DNA of 64,000 bases from Armatimonadota bacterium (GCA_041690135.1 JAWLHY010000001.1:896001-960000), one strand, 5' to 3'. Shown: positions 40,492 through 50,770, counted from the stretch's first letter. Notes: a model not told the origin generated them from the sequence alone. Numbers and translations: made by a program.

Positions 40492-41281
40492 ACTGCTGAT
40501 GGTGGCGCCCACTTTCTACGGCGTCGAGTACGAGATTAACCCCTGGATGAGTCGCGCCAATCCGGCGTCACGGGAGGCGGCACAGGAGCAGTGGGAGGGT
40601 CTCTACCGCACCCTGTGCGAGGAGGTCGGCGCACAGGTGGAACTGGCGGAGCCGCAGCCGGGTCTGCCGGATATGGTCTTCACCGCCAATGCCGGCCTGG
40701 TGCGGGGTCGGCAGGCGCTGCTGAGTAACTTCCGGTACCAGGAACGCCAGGGCGAGGCGGCTCACTTCCGGGACTGGTTCGAGGCCCATCGGTTCGAGGT
40801 TGTTTGCCTCCCGTCGGAGCGGCTCTTCGAAGGAGAGGGGGATGCGCTCTTCCTCGGTGACACGCTCTTTGCCGGCTACCGCTGGCGCAGCGACGTTCAC
40901 GCGCACCGGATGATCGGCGAAACGCTAGGTGTTCGGGTGCTGTCGTTGGAACTGGCCCAGCCCCACTACTATCACCTCGACACCTGCTTCTGTCCCCTGG
41001 ACGACCGCACCGCGGCGTACTTTCCGGAGGCGTTCGACGAATACGGGCGGACCGTTATCCGCGCCAACGTGCCGGACCTGATCGAGGTGTGTCCGGAGGA
41101 GGCGGCTCGCTTTGGGTGCAACGCCGTCGTGCTGGAGAAGGACGTTGTACTGAATACGGGTTGTCCCCGGTTCGAAGGCGCCCTCCGGGATCGCGGGTTC
41201 GTCCCGCATTCTACGCCGCTGGATGAGTTCCTCAAGGCGGGCGGGGCCGCGAAGTGCCTCACCCTCTACCTGGACCGCTGA
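40484..41281 (+). CDS. Amidinotransferase/arginine dihydrolase-like protein (ArgZ N-terminal domain)
   Basis: YEINPWM, PDMVFTAN, FEGEGD, YHLDTCFCPL, F.CNAV, EF.KAGG.AKCLTL. Confidence 0.9.
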   Translation: MRRLLMVAPTFYGVEYEINPWMSRANPASREAAQEQWEGLYRTLCEEVGAQVELAEPQPGLPDMVFTANAGLVRGRQALLSNFRYQERQGEAAHFRDWFEAHRFEVVCLPSERLFEGEGDALFLGDTLFAGYRWRSDVHAHRMIGETLGVRVLSLELAQPHYYHLDTCFCPLDDRTAAYFPEAFDEYGRTVIRANVPDLIEVCPEEAARFGCNAVVLEKDVVLNTGCPRFEGALRDRGFVPHSTPLDEFLKAGGAAKCLTLYLDR

Positions 41282-41291
41282 GCGGAAAGAC

Positions 41292-42032
41292 TTATATCCG
41301 TTTCATGGCATCCAACAGGGGGTGACTCTCCTGCGGCGGAGACGGCGCGAAGCCCTGGTCGAGCTGCACGATCGTTCCGTTCTCCGAGGTGCTGAGCCAG
41401 ACGCGGTCGACTAGGTCGAGCATCATTTTATAGCCCATCCCGAGCGACACTTTGGTGGAGAAACCCGGCTTCAGGATTGCGGCGGGTAGGAAATGCGAGG
41501 CAATGCCGGTGCCCCGGTCGGAGATCCGGACGCGGATTCCGTCGTCGGCTGCGAAGACCTGGCAGCGACCGTCCACCGCATGTTTGAGTGCATTTCCCAG
41601 CGCCTCGGCCGCTGCGAGCACCAGGTCCGTAATCCTCTCTTCGGGCATTCCCGCAGCCTGCGCGGCTCGCTGGATGGTTTTCCGCGCGGCGCCGAACTCC
41701 GTGCCGTTGGTGACCGGCAGATCGACGACTTCCCGGCCTACTTCTGGGATTTCCCCGCTCTCCACCAGTTCGAATTTTCCGTGGGTGACGGTGCGGATGA
41801 CCTCACGGTAGAACTGTTTCTTCTCCTCTTCCGCACGCAGCGTCTGCTCGTGAGCCTCCTCCAACTCGCGCACGAGGGAAGACAGCCGGTGAACGGTGAG
41901 CCGGAAAGTCTCCGCAAGCTCACGCAGTTCATCTCCTTCCGCGGCGGAGGGCGCCGTCGGCTGGTCCGGTTGCCGCTCGCGGCCCCGTGTCCGTAAGTTC
42001 GCCAGCTTCCGCTGTGCGCAAAGAGAGCTCAT
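41292..42032 (-). CDS. RsbW/RsbT-like HATPase (Ser/Thr kinase) with N-terminal half-HAMP and coiled coil
   Basis: E...NALKHA, ISDRGTGI, GFSTK.SLGMG; N-terminal DELRELAETF. Start uncertain. Confidence 0.85.
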   Translation of the reverse strand: MSSLCAQRKLANLRTRGRERQPDQPTAPSAAEGDELRELAETFRLTVHRLSSLVRELEEAHEQTLRAEEEKKQFYREVIRTVTHGKFELVESGEIPEVGREVVDLPVTNGTEFGAARKTIQRAAQAAGMPEERITDLVLAAAEALGNALKHAVDGRCQVFAADDGIRVRISDRGTGIASHFLPAAILKPGFSTKVSLGMGYKMMLDLVDRVWLSTSENGTIVQLDQGFAPSPPQESHPLLDAMKRI

Positions 42033-42224
42033 TCCTCGTTCCTCACCCGCCCGGCAGGGCTTCACCCCTTCACCGTACCCGCCGGTACCACAGTCTACAC
42101 TTACCCGGCGGGGTTCGGGTTTCCGTGTCCTCCCCGTGACAATTTTCCTGGACAACTTCCCGCCGGACCCGTACGCATCCGCCGGAGTTGGGTAATACAC
42201 AGCCGAGAAAAGGAAGACGCGTGC

Positions 42225-43400
42225 ATGAGCCTCCGGATGAAGCAGGCCCTGATTCTGCTGTTCGCCACCGTGCTGCCCTTTGCCCTGGGCTGGGCCGCGA
42301 TGGCGTTTATTGTCGCGCCGGCCTACCGGCAAGCGGTGCGGAGCGGTACGGAGGAAGCGGCGCGCCGCCTGGCGGAGAGTGCTTCCCGCGACCTGACGCG
42401 AGACGTCAGCCGGCTAGAGCGGCTGGCCGCCTGGATGGAGCTACGAAAACTGGTACGCCTTCCTCCGGTCGGCGTGGAAGAGGCGGCCCGGCTCGACCGG
42501 CAGTGGTCCCGTCTCCCCGCGAATTCGCCCGCCGTTGAGCGGGTGCTGGAGAACCCCGTTTCCCGCGAATTGCGCTGGCTACACGAGACGGATGCCGCTA
42601 CCGCGGAGATCATGGTGACTAACCGGGCCGGCCGGGTCGTTGCGGCCAGTGCCCATCCGGCCGATTTCATTCAATCCGACGAAGCCTGGTGGCGACAGGC
42701 GTATGCGGAGGGGCGGGGTCGAGTCTTCATCTCCGATCTCTTTCACGACCGGAATGCCGACGTGTGGGCCTTCGACATCGCCGTCCCGGTTTACGGCGAA
42801 GGGGCCGAAGGCTCCCCTGTGATCGGCGTGTTGAAGATGACCCTGGACGTCGGCCATGCCTTCAAAGACCTCCGAACCGCGCGGGTCGGGGAAGACGGCC
42901 AGGCATTGCTGGTGGATGCGAAGGGCCAGGTCCTGGTATCCCCGGATGAGACCGAGCCGCTGAGCCGCAACATCGACGGGGATGCCATCGGTCGCCTGCA
43001 GCAACAATGGGAAGGGAGTATGGTTCTGGGCACCGGTGAGGAGGCGCTGCTGACTTCCTGGTCCCGCGTGCCGATCCTCGACCGCCTCGACCAGCGCACC
43101 GCACAGGTTCCGCGCCTGTATGTGGTCACGCAGCGGAGCGCCGCGGCAGCCTTTGGACCGCTCCGTAGAGTCCACCAGTGGATGCTGTTGATCGGACTCG
43201 TCACCATTACATTTGCCGTGACCCTGGGCTATGTACTGGTCGATCGCCTGGTCGTTCGTCACATCCGGGTGCTGGCAGAGGGTATGCGGGAACTCTCACA
43301 GGGGAACTTCGAAAAGGCCGCGGCCATTGCCGACGACTTGCTGGGGTATTCCGAACCGGAACCGCCCAAACCGCAGCCGCGTGAGCGCGCCCCGGTGTAG
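42225..43400 (+). CDS. dCache-type membrane sensor with truncated HAMP and no output domain
   Basis: TM, EIMVTN..G..VA, DF.QSDE.WW, IAVPV...IGVLK, LVD..G, second TM, then HIRVLAEGMRELSQGNF and a stop. Confidence 0.85.
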   Translation: MSLRMKQALILLFATVLPFALGWAAMAFIVAPAYRQAVRSGTEEAARRLAESASRDLTRDVSRLERLAAWMELRKLVRLPPVGVEEAARLDRQWSRLPANSPAVERVLENPVSRELRWLHETDAATAEIMVTNRAGRVVAASAHPADFIQSDEAWWRQAYAEGRGRVFISDLFHDRNADVWAFDIAVPVYGEGAEGSPVIGVLKMTLDVGHAFKDLRTARVGEDGQALLVDAKGQVLVSPDETEPLSRNIDGDAIGRLQQQWEGSMVLGTGEEALLTSWSRVPILDRLDQRTAQVPRLYVVTQRSAAAAFGPLRRVHQWMLLIGLVTITFAVTLGYVLVDRLVVRHIRVLAEGMRELSQGNFEKAAAIADDLLGYSEPEPPKPQPRERAPV

Positions 43401-43591
43401 CCCACATCAGACGTGTCGGCCGAACGCTCGGATCGGCCCGGCCGGGTAGCCCGTCCGCAGGTGCCGGCGGCGCGCTCATGATGGCGGTGTGCCGCTGCGT
43501 GAAACCCGTGCGTTCCCACGTGGGACCGGTGCTCGGGTGTGCACCGACCCCACGTGCTTGCGGGGCGTCAACCTCCGGGTTCAATACCTGA

Positions 43592-44428
43592 TCAACCTCG
43601 CGTGATCACGGTTTCGAGGTACTCGGCCGCGATGGCGATAGGTCCATCTCCCCCGTTGCGATCATAGCGGCGGGCCAGACCCACGAGATCGCCCTGAAGT
43701 GCGTCGCGTTGGTCTTCGGGAAGCGCTTCAAAGGCGCGCAGGGTAGGACCGTAATACGTCCGAAAGAACTCGACGTTCTCTTCCGCCGAGCGGAAACGGA
43801 AGATGGCGGTGCGCGGGTAACTCACGATGGAGCTCGCCCCCACGCCAAAGAGCGTACGGAGGTAGTCCTCGTCGCCCCAGCGAATTGGCGGCTGCAGGCC
43901 CGGTGCCGGCGGGAGATAGCGAGAGAATAGCCGGAAGGTCTCACCAATGAACCCATCCGGAGTCCAGCTGGCGATGGCGATGCGTCCGCTGGGGCGGCAG
44001 ACGCGTAGCATTTCCGCAGCGGAACGTTTGTGGTTGGGAGCAAACATGACCCCGTAGATGGAGATCACCGCGTCGAACGACGCGTCCGGGAACGGCAGCT
44101 CCTCTGCGTCCCCCTCGACGAACTCGACCGACAGGTGTTCCGCGGCGGCGCGGAGCCGGCCTCGCTCCAGAAGGGCTGGGACATAGTCGAGGCCGACGGT
44201 GTCACAGCCGCGCCGAGCTGCCGCCAGTGCGGCATTCCCACTTCCGGTGGCTACATCCAGGACCCTCCACCCCGCCTGGAGATCGGCCGTTTCGCAAAGA
44301 TGCTCGGCCTGGTAAACGATGCGGGCGGCCACGACGGAGAAATCTCCACTACTCCAGGTTGCCTGCTGTTTCTGTTTGACGGCAGAGTAATCCGGGCCTG
44401 GAACTGTCACTGCTTCGTTAACGGACAT
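43592..44428 (-). CDS. Class I SAM-dependent methyltransferase
   Basis: VLDVATGSG, GDAEELPFPDASFD, S.YGVMFAP. Confidence 0.92.
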   Translation of the reverse strand: MSVNEAVTVPGPDYSAVKQKQQATWSSGDFSVVAARIVYQAEHLCETADLQAGWRVLDVATGSGNAALAAARRGCDTVGLDYVPALLERGRLRAAAEHLSVEFVEGDAEELPFPDASFDAVISIYGVMFAPNHKRSAAEMLRVCRPSGRIAIASWTPDGFIGETFRLFSRYLPPAPGLQPPIRWGDEDYLRTLFGVGASSIVSYPRTAIFRFRSAEENVEFFRTYYGPTLRAFEALPEDQRDALQGDLVGLARRYDRNGGDGPIAIAAEYLETVITRG

Positions 44429-44454
44429 GGGAACCCTCCTTTGGGAGCATTTTT

Positions 44455-44472
44455 AGAACGACCGGTCGTTCT
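44455..44472. promoter_or_regulatory. Probable TetR operator
   Basis: Perfect 18-bp palindrome AGAACGACCGGTCGTTCT between the divergent tetR and methyltransferase genes. Confidence 0.75.
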
Positions 44473-44529
44473 TTCTACTCATAGGGCCGGGCGTGCTAGA
44501 ATGTCAATGGCGAACTTTCGTTACTACCT

Positions 44530-45195
44530 ATGGAAACCACCCAACTTTCCCCCCGCAAGCCCCGTATCGATGGTGTGGAGAGCCGACGCTCCATTCTCGA
44601 CGCAGCAGCTCGCCTGGCCACGACCCACGGCCTCCAGGGCCTCTCGATTGGCGAACTGGCGACGCACATCGGCATGAGCAAGAGCGGGCTCTACGCCCAC
44701 TTCAAGTCCAAAGAGGAACTCCTTCTGGCGACCATTGCGCGGGCCGCCGAGATCTTCGAAGAGGACGTAGCTCGCAACGTGCCCGTGGACGCCCACGGTC
44801 TCGCACGCGTCTTCGCGCTGTCCGAGGCCTTCCTCGATCATCTGGCGCGCCGCGTTTTTCCCGGAGGGTGCTTCTTTGCCACCACTTTTGCCGAGTTCGC
44901 GGTTCACCCGGGCCGGGTGCGCGATCGGATTCTGGAAGTCAAGGCGGTGTGGCTCGGCCAGTTCGTCGCCGCCCTCGAACAGGCACAATGCGCGGGTGAG
45001 ATAGCGGCGGACGCGGATGTGGAACAGCTGGTCTTCGAGATCACCTCGGTGCTGTTCAGCGCCAATTTCACCTGGATCATCAGCGAGGAGCCAGCCGTGC
45101 TGGAGCAGGCGCGTGTGGGGGTGAGGCACGCCCTGGAGCGCGTCAAAGTGCAGCCGCGTGACGAACGTTTGCCTGGTATACTCAAGCTGAGTTAA
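44530..45195 (+). CDS. TetR/AcrR family regulator
   Basis: SIGELA..IGMSKSGLYAHFKSKEEL, PGGCFF. Confidence 0.95.
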   Translation: METTQLSPRKPRIDGVESRRSILDAAARLATTHGLQGLSIGELATHIGMSKSGLYAHFKSKEELLLATIARAAEIFEEDVARNVPVDAHGLARVFALSEAFLDHLARRVFPGGCFFATTFAEFAVHPGRVRDRILEVKAVWLGQFVAALEQAQCAGEIAADADVEQLVFEITSVLFSANFTWIISEEPAVLEQARVGVRHALERVKVQPRDERLPGILKLS

Positions 45196-45212
45196 CTGCA
45201 AGGAGAACCAGC

Positions 45213-46184
45213 ATGTATGCCGTGGGAGTGTTCGAGGGGAAGAGCCGGGTCGACCCAAAGGCGGGCCCCCGCACGCTGAGCGGATGGCTGGAAAACCAGG
45301 CGGAGGATACCTGGGTAGACCTTCAAGAACCCGCCGCTGAAGAGCTGACCTTTATCGAGGACCGGTACGGCGTGCATCCTCTCACGGCCGAGGAATGCGG
45401 GCACACCGGGGTCCGTCCCAAGATCGAGGAGTACGACGACCACCTTTACATCGTGCTCCACGGGATCAATCACAACGAGGGGCAGGATGCGCTGAACACC
45501 GTGGAATTCAAGTTCTTCCTCTGGAAGAACCGCCTGATTACCGTCCACGACAAGCCCAGCAGCAGCATCCGGGCCGCGCAGGAGCGCGTGAAGCGAGATT
45601 CCCACTTCCTGGCGCGGAACGGCGTAGACTCGGTCCTCCACGTGATCATCGATGCGGTCGTCGATCACTACTTCCCGGTCCTGGAGGGCCTCGAAAGCCA
45701 GCTCCTCAAACTGGAAGGAGAAGTGCTTCGCGACGCCGCTCCTTCCATGCTGGAGGACTCCGTCCGCCTGGAGCGGGCCCTGCTGACCCTTCAGCGGCTC
45801 ACCCACGCGCAGCTCGATGTGCTGGGCGCCCTCTCCTCCGGGCGGTATAGCCAGATCGACCCGCAGGATCTTGCTTACTTCCACGACGTGCACGACCACC
45901 TGCACCGGATCAGCGAGCGGGTCCATACCGCGCGGGAAGTGCTGGCGGGCATCCGGCAGTGCTACCTGTCGCAGGTCTCGAACCGGACCAACAACGTGAT
46001 GAAGACCCTGGCCGTGGTGGCGACGATGCTGATGCCCGCGACCTTCGTCACGAGCCTGCTGGGGATGAACCTGACCCACATGCCGGGCCGCGACAACCCG
46101 GAGACCTTCTGGTGGATCACCGGCGGCGCGCTGGCCGCGAGCCTCCTAAGCCTCGGCGTCATGAAGCGCCTTCGCTGGCTCTAG
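45213..46184 (+). CDS. corA: CorA-family divalent cation transporter
   Basis: RPKIEEY, D..VD.YF, N.VMK.L, GMN motif, two C-terminal TMs. Confidence 0.9.
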   Translation: MYAVGVFEGKSRVDPKAGPRTLSGWLENQAEDTWVDLQEPAAEELTFIEDRYGVHPLTAEECGHTGVRPKIEEYDDHLYIVLHGINHNEGQDALNTVEFKFFLWKNRLITVHDKPSSSIRAAQERVKRDSHFLARNGVDSVLHVIIDAVVDHYFPVLEGLESQLLKLEGEVLRDAAPSMLEDSVRLERALLTLQRLTHAQLDVLGALSSGRYSQIDPQDLAYFHDVHDHLHRISERVHTAREVLAGIRQCYLSQVSNRTNNVMKTLAVVATMLMPATFVTSLLGMNLTHMPGRDNPETFWWITGGALAASLLSLGVMKRLRWL

Positions 46185-46188
46185 GAAC

Positions 46189-48834
46189 CTATTGCGCGGC
46201 CCTCTTCTGGAGTTGGTATAGCAGAGTCAACGCCTCGATGGGCGTGGTGGTGGTCAGGTCCAGCTTGCGGAGTTCTTCCAGCACCGGGTTCTCCTCCACT
46301 TCGAACAGGTTCAACTGCACCCGCTTCCGGCTTTCCGTGATTCGCGCTTGCTGCGTCGGGAGTCCGCCGTTGACGCCCCCGCTAGAGGCTTCCAGATCCG
46401 CGAGTACTTCCCGCGCTCGGGTGATCACTTCATCCGGCAGGCCGGCCAGCCGCGCCACCTGGATCCCGTAGCTCCGATCGGTGCCGCCGGGAATGATCTT
46501 CCGCAGCCAGACGATGTGGTGCCCATCTTCCTTGACCGCCGCCCGGTAGTTCTTGACTCCCGGAAGCCGGTCGGCGAGGTCGTTGAGGTGGTGGTAGTGC
46601 GTGGCAAAGAGCGTCCGCGCCCCCACCTGCTGTAGATACTCCGCCACGGACCAGGCGATGGAAAGCCCATCGTAAGTGCTGGTGCCCCGGCCGATCTCGT
46701 CCAGGATCACCAGGCTGCGGTCTGTGACGTTGTTCAGGATATTGGCCGTTTCATTCATCTCCACCATGAAGGTGGACTGCCCGCTGGCCAGGTCGTCGTG
46801 CGCCCCCACGCGGGTGAAGATCCGGTCCACCACCCCGATCTGCGCCGCATCCGCGGGGACGAAGGAGCCGGCCTGCGCGAGGAGAACGATGAGCGCCACT
46901 TGCCGCAAATAGGTGGATTTCCCGGCCATGTTCGGACCGGTGATGATCAGCATCCGGTTCTCGCTGGTATCCAGCAGCGCGTCGTTCGGAACGAACGGCT
47001 CGGTGCCCAGCTTCTCCACCACGGGGTGCCGGCCGTTGCGGATCTGGATCACCTCTCCCCCATCCACTGCGGGACGCACGTACCCGCCGCGTACGGCCGC
47101 CTCGGCGTAAGAAGTGAGAACATCCACCTCCGCGGTAGCTCCCGCCACGTCGAGGATGCGTCCCGCTTCCGCGCCGATCCGGTCCCGCAGCTCCGTGAAG
47201 AGGCGGACCTCCATGTCCTGCATCTTCTCTTCCGCCCCGAGAATCAACGCTTCCCGCTCCTTCAATTCCGGCGTGTAGTAGCGCTCGGCGTTGGCGGTGG
47301 TCTGCTTCCGGTGGTATTCCGCAGGTACCAGGTGGACGTTCGGTTTCGTGACCTCGATGTAGTAGCCGAAGACGCTGTTGTACCCCACCTTGAGGCTCTT
47401 GATCCCGGTCCGCTCGCGCTCCTGCGTCTCCAGGTTGGCGATCCACTCCTTACCCTCGGTGGAGGCCCGCCGCAGCTCGTCGAGCTGCGGAGAGTACCCT
47501 TCCCGGATCATCCCTCCGTCACGAATGCTGGCGGGCGGCTCGTCGACCAGCCCGGCATCCAGCAGCGCCGCCAGCTCGTCCAGCGGCTCCAGGCGCTCCG
47601 AGAGTTCAGAAAGGTAGACCGAACGGCACTGTGCCACCAGCTCCTTCAACTCCGGAATCCGGTGCAGGGAGCCGCGCAGGGAGCCGAGGTCGCGCGGGTT
47701 GGCGGAGCCCGTGGCGCACCGGCTGGCCAGGCGCTCGAGGTCGCTCACCTGCCCCAGGCGCTCTCGCAGGTCCCCCCGCAGCAGCGCGCTTTCGGTCAGT
47801 TCCTCCACGGCGTCCTGGCGCTCGTTGATCCGGATCGGGTCCAGCAGCGGCTGCTCCAACCACTTGCGCAAGAGGCGCCCCCCCATGGGAGTGGAACTCT
47901 GATCCACCACCGAGAGGACCGTCCTCGCCCGGCCGCCGTCCCACATCGACTGGGTGAGTTCCAGGTTCCGCCGGGCGGTCGGGTCGAGGAGCATGAACTC
48001 CGATACGGCGTAGGTCGTGAGCCCCCGGATGTGCTTCGCCGCTTCGATCTGGCGCTTTCCCAGGTAATCCAGCACGGTCCGTGCCGCTTCCACCGCGTGC
48101 GGGAGTTCCTCGCAGCCGAATCCCCGCAGGGACTGCACCGCGAAGTGATCCAGCAGTACCTGGCGCGCCGTCTTCCGGTTGAACGGATCGGCCGTGATGG
48201 GACTGACGGTCCAGGACCTTCCCTCCGTGAGCCATCCTTCCCAGGCCGCCATCAGGTTTTCCGGGAGGAGGAGTTCGCGGGGCGAGAGGCGATCCAGCTC
48301 ATCCGAGAGGCGGCGCGCAGCGTCCGCTCCTTCGATCTGCGTGACCGCGAACTCGCCGGTGGAGATATCGCAGACCGCCAGGCCGAACGCGCCCACCCCT
48401 TCCCCGCCCGCCGCACCCGGCTGCGAGGCCGACACGGAGGCGAGATAGCTGTTCGCCTTCGCGTCGAGCATCGCGTCTTCGAGGACGGTGCCCGGCGTGA
48501 TCACGCGCGTGACCTTCCGCTTGACGATCCCTTTGGCGAAGCGGGGGTCCTCGACCTGTTCGCAGAGCGCCACCCGATGTCCCGCCGCGATCAGCCGCGC
48601 CACGTAGCGGTCTACGGCATGGAACGGCACGCCGCACATCGGAATCCGCTCGCCCTGCACGTAGTCCCGGGAAGTCAGGGTGATCTGGAGCGCCTGCGCC
48701 GCCACCTCCGCGTCTTCCCCGAACATCTCGTAGAAGTCGCCGAGCCGGAACATCAGGATCACGTCCGCGTACTGCTTCTTGATCTCCCAGTACTGGCGGA
48801 AAAGCGGGGTCAACTGGTCGGAGGCAGGAGGCAT
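46189..48834 (-). CDS. mutS: DNA mismatch repair protein MutS
   Basis: TP..RQY..IK, FR.GDFYEMF, TGPNMAGKSTY, STFMVEM, DEIGRGTST, SYGIQVA. Confidence 0.99.
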   Translation of the reverse strand: MPPASDQLTPLFRQYWEIKKQYADVILMFRLGDFYEMFGEDAEVAAQALQITLTSRDYVQGERIPMCGVPFHAVDRYVARLIAAGHRVALCEQVEDPRFAKGIVKRKVTRVITPGTVLEDAMLDAKANSYLASVSASQPGAAGGEGVGAFGLAVCDISTGEFAVTQIEGADAARRLSDELDRLSPRELLLPENLMAAWEGWLTEGRSWTVSPITADPFNRKTARQVLLDHFAVQSLRGFGCEELPHAVEAARTVLDYLGKRQIEAAKHIRGLTTYAVSEFMLLDPTARRNLELTQSMWDGGRARTVLSVVDQSSTPMGGRLLRKWLEQPLLDPIRINERQDAVEELTESALLRGDLRERLGQVSDLERLASRCATGSANPRDLGSLRGSLHRIPELKELVAQCRSVYLSELSERLEPLDELAALLDAGLVDEPPASIRDGGMIREGYSPQLDELRRASTEGKEWIANLETQERERTGIKSLKVGYNSVFGYYIEVTKPNVHLVPAEYHRKQTTANAERYYTPELKEREALILGAEEKMQDMEVRLFTELRDRIGAEAGRILDVAGATAEVDVLTSYAEAAVRGGYVRPAVDGGEVIQIRNGRHPVVEKLGTEPFVPNDALLDTSENRMLIITGPNMAGKSTYLRQVALIVLLAQAGSFVPADAAQIGVVDRIFTRVGAHDDLASGQSTFMVEMNETANILNNVTDRSLVILDEIGRGTSTYDGLSIAWSVAEYLQQVGARTLFATHYHHLNDLADRLPGVKNYRAAVKEDGHHIVWLRKIIPGGTDRSYGIQVARLAGLPDEVITRAREVLADLEASSGGVNGGLPTQQARITESRKRVQLNLFEVEENPVLEELRKLDLTTTTPIEALTLLYQLQKRAAQ

Positions 48835-48975
48835 GGCTGTTCAATCCAGGCTGCGGGTGGAGATGGCAGCCTTCCTTATTAAGCCATGAATCGAGCGCGA
48901 TGAGAAGAAAGTGCCCGGTTCGCGCTCACGGAATGAAGGGTCTCTGCACTTCTACCGTTTGTCCCGGCGGCTCCC

Positions 48976-49803
48976 TCAAAGGGCATGGCCGCCAGCCACC
49001 TGCACCACCTGGCCCGTCATCCAGCGCGCCTGCTCCGAAGCGAGAAACAGGATCACATTGGCGATCTCTTCCGGGGTACCGATCCGCCGGAGCGGAATGG
49101 ATGGCAGCAGGGCTTGTTCGAGGTCGCGAGGGATATAGCCGGTCTGCACTGGTCCCGGCGCCACCGCATTGACCGTAATTCCCAGTGGCCCCACCTCAAT
49201 AGCTACGCTCCGGGTGAGAGCCTCCACCGCGGCCTTACTCGCTCCGTAGGCGATCTGACCGGCAAAAGCACGCGCTGCATCGGTGCTCAGGTTGATGATC
49301 CGGCCCCAGGAAGCCTCGCGAGCCTGGTACCGGCGGACGTACTCGGCGCTCATCAGCGCGGTGGCGCGCGCGTTGACCGCAAAGGTACGGTCCAACCCCG
49401 CAGCGGTCGTGGTGAACACGGTGTCCTGCTCCTCGTAGTGGGCTGCGTTGTTCACCAGCACCTCCACCGGCCCCAAGGTGCTCTCGACCCAGTCGAACAG
49501 GCGCGGGATCTCGCCCGGCTGGGAGAGGTCCGCTTCCAGCCCCACACACTCATCTCCCACCTCTCGGATGGCCGCGATCACTTCGCCGGCATCCCGCGCA
49601 CGCAAGGCATGGTACAACGGCAAACCCGGCTCCTCCGGGGTATTACCTGGCGCTGCGCCCGGCGGAGCCTCCATCCGCCGGTAGGTGACGGCTACCCGCG
49701 CTCCCTGGCGGGCGAAGGCCCGGGCAGTGGCCGCCCCGATTCCCTGGAGGTTATTCGCACCCGAGATCAACACGACCCGTCCCGCCAGTCCCGGATCGAT
49801 CAT
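48976..49803 (-). CDS. SDR family oxidoreductase
   Basis: SGANN..GIG, VNNAA, YGASK, PGPVQTG. Confidence 0.9.
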   Translation of the reverse strand: MIDPGLAGRVVLISGANNLQGIGAATARAFARQGARVAVTYRRMEAPPGAAPGNTPEEPGLPLYHALRARDAGEVIAAIREVGDECVGLEADLSQPGEIPRLFDWVESTLGPVEVLVNNAAHYEEQDTVFTTTAAGLDRTFAVNARATALMSAEYVRRYQAREASWGRIINLSTDAARAFAGQIAYGASKAAVEALTRSVAIEVGPLGITVNAVAPGPVQTGYIPRDLEQALLPSIPLRRIGTPEEIANVILFLASEQARWMTGQVVQVAGGHAL

Positions 49804-49819
49804 CCTTCTACTTCCACCG

Positions 49820-50770
49820 TCACAATCCGCGACCTGCTCCGACCGTCAGCACGTCCTCACGCGGGGATTCCCCACGCGGAACCGTGGTATCTTCCTCCGA
49901 CTGGGCGGAGAGGACTTCCGTTAAGGCGTCTAGCGTGGCAGAGACTTCCCGGAACTGCTCCTGGGCAGCCGTACCAACCGAGCGGTTCGCCGACAGGGCG
50001 GAGAAGGCGCGGGTGAGCTTAGCTTCCGTTTGCACGAACACTTCGGCGGCCGCTGCGAACTGCCGCACCTGCGCTTCCAGATGAGCGGCCGTCTCGGCTC
50101 GAACCGGGGAGGAGCCCTCCCCAACTCGCTGCACACGCACCGCCACCAACTGGAGCCTGCGTGCCCAGTCGAGCAGATCGAGCAGGCGCTTTGAAGTGTC
50201 GGTTAGTAGGTCTTTTACGGGAATGCCCGTCCTTTGCCAAACCGGCTCGGCAGCGAGAGCCCGCATGGAGAAGTAGGCTTCCAGCGCCTCGTCCAGAGGC
50301 TCCGCCAGCGACTCCGAAACGGATCCCAGCGCCGCACAAGCTTCCAGCAACCGCCGATAGAGTGGGTCCCCGCGGAAGTGTCGCTTCGTGAGTGCCTCCA
50401 GGCCGCGAGTTGTGAGATAGGTCAGGGGAGCGCTCAGGCCCATCGCCGCCAGGAAGGCCGGAGCACCCACTTCATGGCCGTTAGGACCTCCGAGGGCGAC
50501 GGCTGCAATGACTCCCAGCGGGATGCCAGGGATCAGGGGCGAAATGCGGGTTGCGAAGCCACGGACCTGAGCCCACGCATCGGTAAGCTTCGCCTCCGCC
50601 TTTTGCAACTCCGCGGCCTTCTTCTGGAGGCGATCGAGAGTCGGATGGCCGGAGGGCGGTGGTGCGTGCGAGGGGGCAACTCCGGCAGGACTGGTCGAAT
50701 GACGCACGGGTTGATCCGCGAAAGAGGCTCCGATTTCCAGGACTTCCATCGGCTCCGGCACGGAAGCCAT
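49820..50770 (-). CDS. Hypothetical membrane protein (2 TM plus helical C-terminus)
   Basis: Long ORF in a same-strand run with two hydrophobic segments. Confidence 0.7.
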   Translation of the reverse strand: MASVPEPMEVLEIGASFADQPVRHSTSPAGVAPSHAPPPSGHPTLDRLQKKAAELQKAEAKLTDAWAQVRGFATRISPLIPGIPLGVIAAVALGGPNGHEVGAPAFLAAMGLSAPLTYLTTRGLEALTKRHFRGDPLYRRLLEACAALGSVSESLAEPLDEALEAYFSMRALAAEPVWQRTGIPVKDLLTDTSKRLLDLLDWARRLQLVAVRVQRVGEGSSPVRAETAAHLEAQVRQFAAAAEVFVQTEAKLTRAFSALSANRSVGTAAQEQFREVSATLDALTEVLSAQSEEDTTVPRGESPREDVLTVGAGRGL

